Sequence record: OZ196285.1
Reading direction: 5' to 3' (one strand)
DNA: 64,000 nt
Below are positions 17,883-27,103 of this stretch, piece by piece; the first letter of the stretch is position 1; each line of letters starts with the position of its first letter. The translations under genes and the position numbers were made by a program. The notes below the pieces were generated by a model. That model was not told the DNA's origin. It saw only the letters and a program-made list of their open reading frames with translations, and did not search any database.

Positions 17883-19204
17883 GAACTGTATTGGCTATTC
17901 CGATGGCTGGGCGTGGTGAACGTATGGGTGATATTTCCCGTGTCGTACCTAAAGGGTTGATCAACTATCACAATCACACATTTTTATATCACATTTATCA
18001 ATATTACGATGGTCAATTTGACGAGTGTGTGGTTACTGTAGCTTCAGAGTTCAAGGATATGCTGACGCAGTATGCACATAACTTTGGACTAGAATTGACG
18101 ATAGTCATTGACGATTCGTACAATGGAAATTCGGTGATTCTTGAAAGCATCGACGCTGACACTGTGATATTGAATTGGTGTGACGTTGTGCCAGTTGATG
18201 TTGATGTTCGGAATTTGAGTGACGGGGTGACGGTATTTACGAAGAGCGGCACTGGTCGGTATGTATATGACGGGAGCGTTGTTGAAACTGCGGTTGACGC
18301 GGGTGATTTCTGTGGGATATATGCGCTGCACAACACGCCCGAGTATAATCTTGTGTGGGGTGATTTCGTCGATGTCATGCAGGCAAACTCATTTGATGTG
18401 TCATTGCGTGCATGTGATGTTGTCGATTTGGGGTCTGCTGATAAACTCGCCCGCACTCAAGAGTCGCTACCGACATGTCGTTACTTCAACGAGATTGAGT
18501 TTGATGATGACACAGTGACAAAACGAGCGTCTGGCGAAGAAGGGACGTTTAAGATACGGCAAGAGATATCGACGCTACTCGAAAGACGTGTTGGGTACGT
18601 CGAGTTATTAGAACACGATGAGAGTTCGTACACGATGCGTCGCGTTGATGGTAGAATCCCACGTCAAATCAATGCTCCTATGATTAACGAGGGTGATGAT
18701 GTGTGTGTTGAGTCGATCCGACGTGAGATCACACATCGAATTCTGAGCAGAATGCGTGACATTGAATGTTATGTCGGTATTAATTCTGAAGATTTGGTGA
18801 GCGGGGTCAAACGAATTGAAGAGTTTGTCATTGAAAACACGACAAAATTCTACGATATTCACGGGGATTTGGTGTGTGATAACGCGATTGAAACTATCGA
18901 CGGTGACATTGTTTTAATCGACCCTCGTGGATTTTTCGGTCATTCGAAGCGCGGGCCAATCGAATACGACACAAGCAAATTCTTGTATAGTGTCAACGGG
19001 TACTATAAATTCAATTATGACGTTTTGTATGATGGTAATCACGCTCGTTATGACAATCACAGCGACATGTCACTGTTGGAAGAAGCATGGGTTGCGACAC
19101 ACTGGTTGGCGTTGGCTGGCTTTTTTAAGAATAACCCAGCCAAAGCAATCGGTGCGTATCATATCGGGATGTGTAAGATGAATCGTGTTATAGAAAAGCT
19201 GTAG
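17879..19204 (+). CDS. nucleotidyltransferase fused to APH/choline-kinase-like domain
   Basis: IPMAGRGERMG...PKGL N-terminus; HGDL..DN...IDPRG...YDTSK C-terminus. Confidence 0.85.
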   Translation: MRTVLAIPMAGRGERMGDISRVVPKGLINYHNHTFLYHIYQYYDGQFDECVVTVASEFKDMLTQYAHNFGLELTIVIDDSYNGNSVILESIDADTVILNWCDVVPVDVDVRNLSDGVTVFTKSGTGRYVYDGSVVETAVDAGDFCGIYALHNTPEYNLVWGDFVDVMQANSFDVSLRACDVVDLGSADKLARTQESLPTCRYFNEIEFDDDTVTKRASGEEGTFKIRQEISTLLERRVGYVELLEHDESSYTMRRVDGRIPRQINAPMINEGDDVCVESIRREITHRILSRMRDIECYVGINSEDLVSGVKRIEEFVIENTTKFYDIHGDLVCDNAIETIDGDIVLIDPRGFFGHSKRGPIEYDTSKFLYSVNGYYKFNYDVLYDGNHARYDNHSDMSLLEEAWVATHWLALAGFFKNNPAKAIGAYHIGMCKMNRVIEKL

Positions 19205-19751
19205 CGTGAGCAAGTGCCGATGATTGATTGTTGTGCCTGTCTACGTGCAAGCAGCATATCTCGGGGAAGTTCGTTTTGATATCATTTATGTTCTCGATTC
19301 GGTCGTCGATGAAGAATTCAATATCATGTCGTTTCTGTAGATCTTTTATGTACACTGACTTGTTTTCATGGAATTCGATACTGATCAGCTCGTCTATCAT
19401 GTGCGGGAACAATGCACTTAGATTGAATTGTCTATTGCACCATGCAGTTCGACTCCACCCGAACTTGGTAAGCGCGATTATCTTGTGCGTCTTTGAAAGT
19501 CGCTCTAATGTCGAGTACGCGTCTTCGTATGCAGGCATATACTTTGCACTGTCGTGTTCAGTGTATGCAGCTATGAGCTTTCTTGTTTCGTCTGTTGATG
19601 TGTTCTTAAACATTTCGTGTGCGTGTATGTCAGTGTTGATCAGTGAAAGGTCGTTGAGCTTGTGTTGGAGACCAAGCTGAGTCATGAAGAATGGGAGATT
19701 AGATTTCCAGTTCAGAAGTACGCCATCCACATCAATTATAAGGGTTTTCAT
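19188..19751 (-). CDS. HAD-family phosphatase, 5'(3')-deoxyribonucleotidase-like
   Basis: IDVDGVLLNW, LTK, FIDDRIEN. Confidence 0.85.
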   Translation of the reverse strand: MKTLIIDVDGVLLNWKSNLPFFMTQLGLQHKLNDLSLINTDIHAHEMFKNTSTDETRKLIAAYTEHDSAKYMPAYEDAYSTLERLSKTHKIIALTKFGWSRTAWCNRQFNLSALFPHMIDELISIEFHENKSVYIKDLQKRHDIEFFIDDRIENINDIKTNFPEICCLHVDRHNNQSSALAHATAFL

Positions 19752-19788
19752 TATAAATACTCATAGGGTTTTAAAGTGAGTATTTATA
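19752..19788. promoter_or_regulatory. inverted repeat with TATAAATA late promoters on both strands
   Basis: TATAAATACTCA 19752-19763 / TGAGTATTTATA 19777-19788. Confidence 0.7.
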
Positions 19789-19936
19789 GCATTCGAAAAA
19801 TAAATGAAAAAAATGTTAGAATTCTATTGACAGCCCTTCTAAAAAATGTAATTATGTACACATCAGCTCAACACTGAAACGAAAAACAAAAACTTAACGA
19901 TAACAAACAATCAATCATCAAAAAAGGAAACATCCT

Positions 19937-20128
19937 ATGAAAACTCTAAAAACTATCGCACTAACAGCTATCCTTTCAATCGCTTCTGTATCTGCTTTCG
20001 CAGGTGGTACAATGGGCGGAAACCCTGGCTTCGAAATGTGTAAAATCGGCGCAATCAAATGTGGCGTACCAATGAAAGCAGAGACGAAAGAATCTACTGA
20101 CGTTGTTGAAGTTAAAACTGAAAAATAA
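19937..20128 (+). CDS. small secreted protein (signal peptide, two Cys)
   Basis: MKTLKTIALTAILSIASVSAFA/GG; upstream TTGACA 19827; own terminator. Confidence 0.75.
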   Translation: MKTLKTIALTAILSIASVSAFAGGTMGGNPGFEMCKIGAIKCGVPMKAETKESTDVVEVKTEK

Positions 20129-20146
20129 TCATTAACGTGATTACCG

Positions 20147-20178
20147 AAGCAACGTTCAAATCGAACGTTGCTTTTTTT
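20147..20178 (+). terminator. Rho-independent terminator
   Basis: AAGCAACGTTC/GAACGTTGCTT followed by T run. Confidence 0.85.
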
Positions 20179-20250
20179 ATACGTGTTTAACATCACGTAA
20201 GATGCGTTTATAATAAACGCTCAATCAATCGCATATTTGGGGAGTCCATC

Positions 20251-21807
20251 ATGCAAACATCTAAAAACGTAATTACCGAATCTCTTGAAAACGCATTTAA
20301 CGTACAAGACATTTTCGGCGCACCTAGTAACATCGTAACAGCAGTAGATAGCTATAAAGTATCGCACTGGCTACAATTTCCCAAGAAGCTTGAGATCAGC
20401 CAGTATTACGTCGAGTCACGCGGTGGCAAATTCGACAAAATCATGATTGACGGAATCGCGTACATGTGTCGCATTCTTGAACGTGGCGTTCGTAAAGGCG
20501 ATGTGAAATACGCGAAACGTCTATTCAAAAAGCACTTTGGTTCTGAAGTGTTCAATGAAGAAGGGTTTAACATCATCGTGGATGAACTTGACGGCAAGCT
20601 ACCGATTAAAGTTCGTGCAGTAAAAGAGGGCACAGTCGTGCCAGTTAAAAACCCCATTCTGACAATTGAGAACACAGATAAACGATTCGGCTGGCTACCT
20701 GGCTACCTTGAAACGTTCATCTTGCGTGCTATTTGGTATCCGACAACAGTGGCAACAATCTCTTTTGAAGTTAAGAAAATCATTCGCAGTTTCATGAAAA
20801 AGACTGTTGATGAAGAACTTATTCCTCAATTAGAGCCTTTCAAACTTCACGATTTCGGTGCACGTGGTGTATCAAGTGGCGAGTCAGCAGCAGTTGGTGG
20901 CGCAGCACACTTGAAAAACTTCTTAGGCACAGATACTGTCGAAGCTTTGGTTGCCGTAGAAGCAATCTATGGTGAAGATCTTGAAGACTTCATCGCGGGA
21001 TTCTCGATTCCCGCACGTGAGCACTCAACAACTACAATCTACAAAGAAATGGGCGAAGACCTAGCGTTCTTGAACTCGATTGAAAACTGGGGTGGCGGTC
21101 TATACGCATGTGTAATGGATTCATACGATTACGATGCGGCAATGGAACGTGTATCAACAGGTCGTTTCAAAGAACTGATTATCAGCAAAGGCGGTACTTT
21201 CATCGCTCGACCTGATAGTGGCGTACCAGTAGATGTTGTAATGCGCGGTCTTGAAATTCTTGGCAAGAATGTTGGTTACACTATCAACAGTAAAGGCTAC
21301 AAAGTCTTGCACCCTAGCTACAGAATCATTCAAGGTGACGGTGTGAATATCGAAGAGATTCGACGCATTCTAGACTTCATGGAATCGAAGGGCTGGTCTG
21401 CCGAGAACATTGCATTCGGTATGGGTGGTGGCTTGCTACAACAATCTGACCGTGATACTCAACGTTTCGCGATGAAGATGTCGGCTGCTATCGTTGCAGG
21501 TGAATATGTTCCGGTGTTCAAGATGCCGAAAACAGACATCAGCAAAGCATCAAAATCTGGTTTCTTGGATCTAATCGCAGTTAAACCTGACGAAGAAAAT
21601 CCGGCTGCTCGTGGCTACGTGACTGTCTCTACTGAAAATTACGAGAATCGCGTACACCCTCAGAGTGTTATGGAAACTGTGTTCGAAGATGGCGTGACTG
21701 TGGCTAAGTTTAGCCTTGCAGCAGCACGCGAACTTTCAGACAAACAAGCAAACTTCATGAACGAAAGTGAGTGGAAAGTTGCTAAAAAGGTACGCATTAC
21801 TGAATAG
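20251..21807 (+). CDS. nadV: nicotinamide phosphoribosyltransferase
   Basis: DSYKVSH, LHDFGARG, IPAREHS, RPDSG, IIQGDG, FGMGGGLLQ. Confidence 0.95.
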   Translation: MQTSKNVITESLENAFNVQDIFGAPSNIVTAVDSYKVSHWLQFPKKLEISQYYVESRGGKFDKIMIDGIAYMCRILERGVRKGDVKYAKRLFKKHFGSEVFNEEGFNIIVDELDGKLPIKVRAVKEGTVVPVKNPILTIENTDKRFGWLPGYLETFILRAIWYPTTVATISFEVKKIIRSFMKKTVDEELIPQLEPFKLHDFGARGVSSGESAAVGGAAHLKNFLGTDTVEALVAVEAIYGEDLEDFIAGFSIPAREHSTTTIYKEMGEDLAFLNSIENWGGGLYACVMDSYDYDAAMERVSTGRFKELIISKGGTFIARPDSGVPVDVVMRGLEILGKNVGYTINSKGYKVLHPSYRIIQGDGVNIEEIRRILDFMESKGWSAENIAFGMGGGLLQQSDRDTQRFAMKMSAAIVAGEYVPVFKMPKTDISKASKSGFLDLIAVKPDEENPAARGYVTVSTENYENRVHPQSVMETVFEDGVTVAKFSLAAARELSDKQANFMNESEWKVAKKVRITE

Positions 21808-21836
21808 TGTGACGTAGATCACGCAAAACGCTAACA

Positions 21837-21871
21837 AAAGGGTTGCTTCGGCAGCCCTTTTTGCGTATTAT
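21837..21871 (+). promoter_or_regulatory. terminator hairpin fused to sigma70 promoter
   Basis: AAAAGGGTTGC-TTCG-GCAGCCCTTTTT; TTGCTT 21843-21848, 17 bp, TATTAT 21866-21871. Confidence 0.75.
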
Positions 21872-21910
21872 AGCTCTATCGAAACAAAACGACTAAACAG
21901 AGAGAACATT

Positions 21911-22234
21911 ATGCGCCTAACTACTTCAATGACTAAAGCACAGAAAGTTAAAGTAATCGCTGGCTACAACTTCGAACGCGAAACTGGTCAAAGCCAATAC
22001 AAATATCGCAACGGTACTTTCAACATGGCAGGTGGTGATACAGCTCGTCGTCTTAATCTTCTTTCTACTCTAGTAACTGGTCTACCTATTACAGTGTTCG
22101 AAGCAACTCTTGAAAACTTCAATGACGTTGTTGAAATGCAAAGCGATGTTGATGAGTTTTTCGATATGCACACTCGTCCACTTGAAGAGCAAAACGCTCA
22201 CGGTAAAAAACTTCTTGAGAAATGGTCAAAATAG
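21911..22234 (+). CDS. hypothetical early protein
   Basis: 107-aa ORF after leader motif. Confidence 0.75.
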   Translation: MRLTTSMTKAQKVKVIAGYNFERETGQSQYKYRNGTFNMAGGDTARRLNLLSTLVTGLPITVFEATLENFNDVVEMQSDVDEFFDMHTRPLEEQNAHGKKLLEKWSK

Positions 22235-22237
22235 TTA

Positions 22238-22266
22238 TTGACTATCACCACGAAAAAGCCGATAAT
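22238..22266 (+). promoter_or_regulatory. sigma70 early promoter
   Basis: TTGACT, 17 bp, GATAAT. Confidence 0.7.
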
Positions 22267-22302
22267 ACTTGTATTGAAACGAAGCACACAAGAGAGCACA
22301 TT

Positions 22303-22578
22303 ATGACTACAGAAACTAAACTAAACATCAAACAACGTACTCACAATTTCGACGGTGAGAAAGAGACTATTTTCACTGTAAATGGCTGTAATATCATCTA
22401 CTGTGTGTTTCGAAGCGAAGGTCGTCGCTGGGGTTATCAAGTAATTTCATTCGCGGCAGGTGATAACGCTAAAGTTGTCTACACTGGTTCTTCTTGGGCA
22501 GACATTCGCAGCAAAGCACGTAAGCTTGCTCCTGCGCTTTATGCACGCCACGCAGCACATCACGGGCTAACAAAATAA
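22303..22578 (+). CDS. hypothetical early protein
   Basis: ATG 22303 after AGAGAGCACATT leader. Confidence 0.7.
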   Translation: MTTETKLNIKQRTHNFDGEKETIFTVNGCNIIYCVFRSEGRRWGYQVISFAAGDNAKVVYTGSSWADIRSKARKLAPALYARHAAHHGLTK

Positions 22579-22823
22579 TGTTCTCAATTCTAGCACATCA
22601 GCATCACGTACAGTTCGTTCTTGAAAGTGTATCTGCGAACGGCTTTCCTAAGTATCGTCGCATGTACACGTTCAATCACGACTTAATCACAACATTCGCG
22701 ACACGCGAAGCAGCTCAAGAAATGATCGATGAATACGATCCCGACCCTGAAGCTTGCTTGCCGTGGCGCATTTACGAATTCTCTGAACTTGAAAAGAAAG
22801 TTTACTTTAAAAATCGCAAATAA
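22578..22823 (+). CDS. hypothetical protein
   Basis: TAATG coupling. Confidence 0.7.
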   Translation: MFSILAHQHHVQFVLESVSANGFPKYRRMYTFNHDLITTFATREAAQEMIDEYDPDPEACLPWRIYEFSELEKKVYFKNRK

Positions 22824-22832
22824 GGAATATTA

Positions 22833-24068
22833 ATGGGCTCATTCAACACAACTTGCGCAATCACTAATACACCGATCATGGAAGGCGACGCTGCTCGTGT
22901 GTTCTTCTTGGTGATGGATGCGTATGCAATGAATCGCAAATGTGCGTTCTTCAATCATAGTCAAATGGGTTCATCTTGCTACCCTTATGACCACTTCAAA
23001 GTCGTCGGCTACCCTATGAAAGGCGTGTACGCTGACTACAATCGCTATGAGTTCGACACTGATCTTGAAGCACTGAACTTGAAAATCATCAACAAAATCT
23101 ACGTGCCTAATAAAGTCGAAGAAGGCAAAACGCTCGATGATTACAATAGCTATCATGACTATATGAACATCGATGAGCTTACATGTATGCAAGAATTGCA
23201 AGACATGGAACATTCTGGTGCTCTACGTGTTAAAACATGGGCGGGTCCTAGCGCGATTGTTAAAATGGCGATTCACGAATCTGTGTATCAGATGATGATC
23301 GGTGGCACTTGGACTAAAGGTTGGGGTGATAGTGCTGTAACGTACACACACGCGTCGAAAGTAGCAGATGCAGTGAAACGCTACGGGGCTGCTGCAAACC
23401 CAGAAGACGCACTTTCTGAACGTGGTAAAATGCGTGTTGAAATGATCCGCGCCAAAATTGGCGAAGAAATCGACGGCAAGCCGTTCACTGAAGAAGATGC
23501 AGAAGCTCAAGTGAAATTTTTCATTGATATGAACAGCCATGATATTTCGACTGGTAGCAATGACGATTTCTTAATTGAAACGCACCCGAAGCGTGACATG
23601 GCAGATGCTGAAGAAGATACACTTGTCGAGTCTATCGCCTGCGCGTATTACGGTGCACGCATGGCAAGCACGTGGATGCAGTGTAACAACTATCAATTCA
23701 AACCTGCTGTTCTCGGTGGTCAAGACTACGAAATGATGCCACATGCGAATCGTCTTCGTAAGCTTGCAGACATCGTTGAGAAACTGCAACGTGAAGACGA
23801 AGAATCTGTGTCACTAGAGATTCGACGTACGACTACGAAAGTGCTCAAGCTATCGGCTCTGAAAGAGCGTTTCGACAGTTGGTACGATGAGTCTGACGAC
23901 GAATACAAAGACTATCTAGCTGCTGTACGCGACTTGCTAGACGGTACGTTGAACCCAAGCGATGCGATTTACGTTGTCGGTGACGGCTCTGTGTTCGACA
24001 AGTTCGTCGAAGGTTACGACGTTCTTGGTCACGATGTTAAACAAGGTGATGTAATTAATATCGAATAA
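22833..24068 (+). CDS. hypothetical protein (411 aa)
   Basis: Long ORF, AGGA RBS. Confidence 0.8.
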   Translation: MGSFNTTCAITNTPIMEGDAARVFFLVMDAYAMNRKCAFFNHSQMGSSCYPYDHFKVVGYPMKGVYADYNRYEFDTDLEALNLKIINKIYVPNKVEEGKTLDDYNSYHDYMNIDELTCMQELQDMEHSGALRVKTWAGPSAIVKMAIHESVYQMMIGGTWTKGWGDSAVTYTHASKVADAVKRYGAAANPEDALSERGKMRVEMIRAKIGEEIDGKPFTEEDAEAQVKFFIDMNSHDISTGSNDDFLIETHPKRDMADAEEDTLVESIACAYYGARMASTWMQCNNYQFKPAVLGGQDYEMMPHANRLRKLADIVEKLQREDEESVSLEIRRTTTKVLKLSALKERFDSWYDESDDEYKDYLAAVRDLLDGTLNPSDAIYVVGDGSVFDKFVEGYDVLGHDVKQGDVINIE

Positions 24069-24071
24069 ATG

Positions 24072-24113
24072 TTGACACGGCAACAAGATGGCTGTAGTAT
24101 CTATCTTGTTGCC
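24072..24113 (+). promoter_or_regulatory. sigma70 promoter overlapped by inverted repeat
   Basis: TTGACA 24072-24077, 17 bp, TAGTAT 24095-24100; GGCAACAAGAT/ATCTTGTTGCC. Confidence 0.7.
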
Positions 24114-24128
24114 TAATTGAGGTGACTT

Positions 24129-24398
24129 ATGAACAATCAGATGATACTTCGTATTACGAACATTTGGATGCATCGACGCGCATATGATGTGCTCTTCATG
24201 CAGCCTGCAAAGTTTCGTAAGGAGGCTCACGCAAAATGGGATGAGCGTCGCAAAGAATTTTGGTATGTCGCAGGGCGATTAAATCCTGAATTTTTTAGTA
24301 ACTGTCCCGACGGATATGTGTTATCATTGCACTGCGCGCCAGTTGCGCGTAATGCATCACAATTTTTCTTTTTAGAATATGTAAGGAAGACATCATGA
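24129..24398 (+). CDS. hypothetical protein
   Basis: GAGG RBS. Confidence 0.7.
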   Translation: MNNQMILRITNIWMHRRAYDVLFMQPAKFRKEAHAKWDERRKEFWYVAGRLNPEFFSNCPDGYVLSLHCAPVARNASQFFFLEYVRKTS

Positions 24399-25117
24399 AC
24401 AAATTAATGACTATCGCAGCAATCGCAGGCTCAATTCTTCTAACGGGCTGTTCGCCAGACACCGTTGAGACAGTTGGGAACTCGAAGCTGAACGCTGTAA
24501 TCCCTACGCTGTCAGTGACAGAACGCGCTATGCTTGACAAATATGTCGATGCTGCATACTCAAGTCGCTACGACAAGACGTACGCTGCAATGGCTCGTTC
24601 GCGTATCGACTTCGGTAAGCCAATCACTGAGCGTTCAGATACAGAAATTCCTTTCTGTGACGTGATCTCTCAAGTTGTCAAAGATGAAGATGACGCGGGC
24701 ATGGACGGTAAGTGGTACTCACTAAACGGCCAGTGGGAAACCACATACGGCATCACACTCGAAGAACAGTGTGGGAAACAAGGTGCGATTGATTTAGCAC
24801 TTGAGCGTGAACTAGCAGCACAAGCTAAAATTGAACAACTGAAAGCGAAAGCGAAAGTGATTCAAGAAGAGCAAATCGCTGAACTGAAAGTCGAGAAGAT
24901 TGAAGAATCTGTCGTGGTAATTTCTGACGACGTATTGCTTTCTCCTGCACTTGTTCGTGAACTTCGCGAGTCAGTTAAAGACTGTGGTCGAGCTAAACAC
25001 GAGCTGCTAAACACGATTTCAGCAAACGAAGACTTGACTGTATCTCATTACGATAAAATTCAAGGTCTAGTGCTACAGTGTGAAATGCACTTGCTTGAAA
25101 CTGAACTGAATCTATAA
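24395..25117 (+). CDS. lipoprotein
   Basis: Lipobox LTGC; paralogous to 9189..9707. Confidence 0.75.
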   Translation: MNKLMTIAAIAGSILLTGCSPDTVETVGNSKLNAVIPTLSVTERAMLDKYVDAAYSSRYDKTYAAMARSRIDFGKPITERSDTEIPFCDVISQVVKDEDDAGMDGKWYSLNGQWETTYGITLEEQCGKQGAIDLALERELAAQAKIEQLKAKAKVIQEEQIAELKVEKIEESVVVISDDVLLSPALVRELRESVKDCGRAKHELLNTISANEDLTVSHYDKIQGLVLQCEMHLLETELNL

Positions 25118-25239
25118 CGTGAACTAAATCACAAAAAGCCTCTTAAATGAGGCTTTTTTAGGTTTAATGGTTGTGCATTACCATGAAAACACTTAATATA
25201 GCTCTATAGAAACGAAAATCACTTATAGAGAGAAGCATT

Positions 25240-25743
25240 ATGTTCCATAAAACAATCACAGTACGCAAAGAAGTAGAAAAAATTCGTCACGTTTGCGTAG
25301 ATGATCATCTATTCGTTGCAACTGAAGCCGAGAACTTCATCGGTAAATCAATTCACGTCGACCGTCACGCGAAACTAGTCGTTATCATCAACGAATCGCA
25401 CGAATCATTCACGCTTGTGAATGGTCGTTGTAACGGTGCTAAGATTACGCAAATTCTGGTGTCGAACACTCGCACTGAAAAGGCACACGTTAAAGGCTTT
25501 GAGAACTTCAACTATACAGTGAAGAAAACTGAATCAGTACGCGAAGAAGTGCCAGTCGAAGTTGGTGATGAACTTGAAATGTGGCGTGACAATGATAATC
25601 ACGCAATGACTGTTGTCTATGTGTCATCAACTAAGATGATACTAGTAAACACATACTCAGAAGAAGAAGAAGTTTACGTCTGTACTGAAAGGTCATGGGA
25701 TGGTCTTGAACCACAAGATTCAATCTCATTTGTCTCTAAGTAG
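25240..25743 (+). CDS. hypothetical early protein
   Basis: Promoter TTGTGC 25171/TAATAT 25194; leader motif. Confidence 0.75.
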   Translation: MFHKTITVRKEVEKIRHVCVDDHLFVATEAENFIGKSIHVDRHAKLVVIINESHESFTLVNGRCNGAKITQILVSNTRTEKAHVKGFENFNYTVKKTESVREEVPVEVGDELEMWRDNDNHAMTVVYVSSTKMILVNTYSEEEEVYVCTERSWDGLEPQDSISFVSK

Positions 25744-25748
25744 AAACG

Positions 25749-25777
25749 AAAAAAGCAGCCAATTGGCTGCTTTTTTT
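25749..25777. terminator. bidirectional terminator
   Basis: A6-GCAGCC-AATT-GGCTGC-T7 between convergent genes. Confidence 0.85.
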
Positions 25778-26831
25778 AGTTCACCATCTTAATGGCGATT
25801 TTGTTGTCCATGTATGACATTTTCTGTTCGAACTCAACATCATATTCAGGTCGGTGCTCGTATTCGACCGAAAGCATTTCTTTCAGACATCGATACAATT
25901 CAGACTTGTAATACCCCTCTGGCATTGTCTGCATTTGCTTGTACTGCGCTTGCATTGCTTCTTTGATGATCTGAGGGTCCATGAACTTGATCGACATTTC
26001 TCGCGGTGCCTTTACAGTACCGAAGTCAACGAATACTTGCGCTTTCTCTGCAACTTGAATGAAGTCATAGATCGTATCATAGCTCATGCGCGATAGCGTG
26101 TGGTGCATACACAAGTGTTTGCTGTGCTCTTTAAGTAGCGGCACGTTAGCTAACATCAAGTCATGGTCGATGTTCTGACGAATGTATTCGTTACGTTCTT
26201 TACCACCGTCACAAGAGATTGTGAACACGATACGATGCTTGTATTCTTTGCAGATTGCTAGAATTTTCTTAGCAAGTGGCGTATGCAATACAGTGCCGTT
26301 CGTCAGAATGAACACTTCAGCTTTAGTATCTTCAAGCACTTCTTTCAGTACGTCGATGGTGCGCTTGTCCATAAAGGGTTCACCTCCATACAAAACAACA
26401 GTCTCGACGCCTTTCGGTATGCTGAAATCAAGCTGCTTGTAATCGTACGTATCTTCAATGTCATACAAGTCCATGTACGTCTTGCTGTTCTTGCCGTAAC
26501 ACATACGACATGCAAGGTTACATTTGTTTGACATTAGAATTTGAATCGTGCGCGGGTGTTCTTCTAGTGCTTCATACTCAAAGTATTTCTGATCAGACAG
26601 TTCACCGTAGCTCATACACTCTTTGCAGTATTCTGGTAAAGTGTCGTATTCGAACATCTTCTCGCGATGTTCATTGATGATGTCTGACGACCACCAATCT
26701 TCAACATTTGGGAATGGCTCAGAAAGCTGAGAACAGCAGATGTGATACCCGTCTGGCTTCGCATCGCGTGTGTTGAATGGAGAGCCGCAAAGCGGCTTCT
26801 TGCCATCTTTAAATCCAAATTTATCAATCAT
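25776..26831 (-). CDS. radical SAM protein with N-terminal SPASM/twitch-like cluster
   Basis: CNLACRMC, YGGEPF, LTNGT, ISCDG; LCGSPF...ICCS...CKEC. Confidence 0.92.
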   Translation of the reverse strand: MIDKFGFKDGKKPLCGSPFNTRDAKPDGYHICCSQLSEPFPNVEDWWSSDIINEHREKMFEYDTLPEYCKECMSYGELSDQKYFEYEALEEHPRTIQILMSNKCNLACRMCYGKNSKTYMDLYDIEDTYDYKQLDFSIPKGVETVVLYGGEPFMDKRTIDVLKEVLEDTKAEVFILTNGTVLHTPLAKKILAICKEYKHRIVFTISCDGGKERNEYIRQNIDHDLMLANVPLLKEHSKHLCMHHTLSRMSYDTIYDFIQVAEKAQVFVDFGTVKAPREMSIKFMDPQIIKEAMQAQYKQMQTMPEGYYKSELYRCLKEMLSVEYEHRPEYDVEFEQKMSYMDNKIAIKMVN

Positions 26832-27103
26832 TATTTGAACTCGTCTAGTAAATTCTGAAACTCACTGTCGCGTTCTGCATCAATCGAACCAGTCATCAGC
26901 GTCTCTAGTGCTGACATCGACATGATTGGTGGGACAACAGGTCTAAGATCTTCTAGAATGAAAATGATTGATTCCATTGGAAGATCATTCTCCACGATCT
27001 CTGGTGGTAGTGTGTGCTTGTATACGCAACCATCACCCCAATCGATAACGACTGCGTGTTCCCATTTGTCTATTTCAATAATTTTAAAGTTAGGCTTTTC
27101 CAT
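26831..27103 (-). CDS. small acidic hypothetical protein
   Basis: Coupled to both neighbours. Confidence 0.7.
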   Translation of the reverse strand: MEKPNFKIIEIDKWEHAVVIDWGDGCVYKHTLPPEIVENDLPMESIIFILEDLRPVVPPIMSMSALETLMTGSIDAERDSEFQNLLDEFK

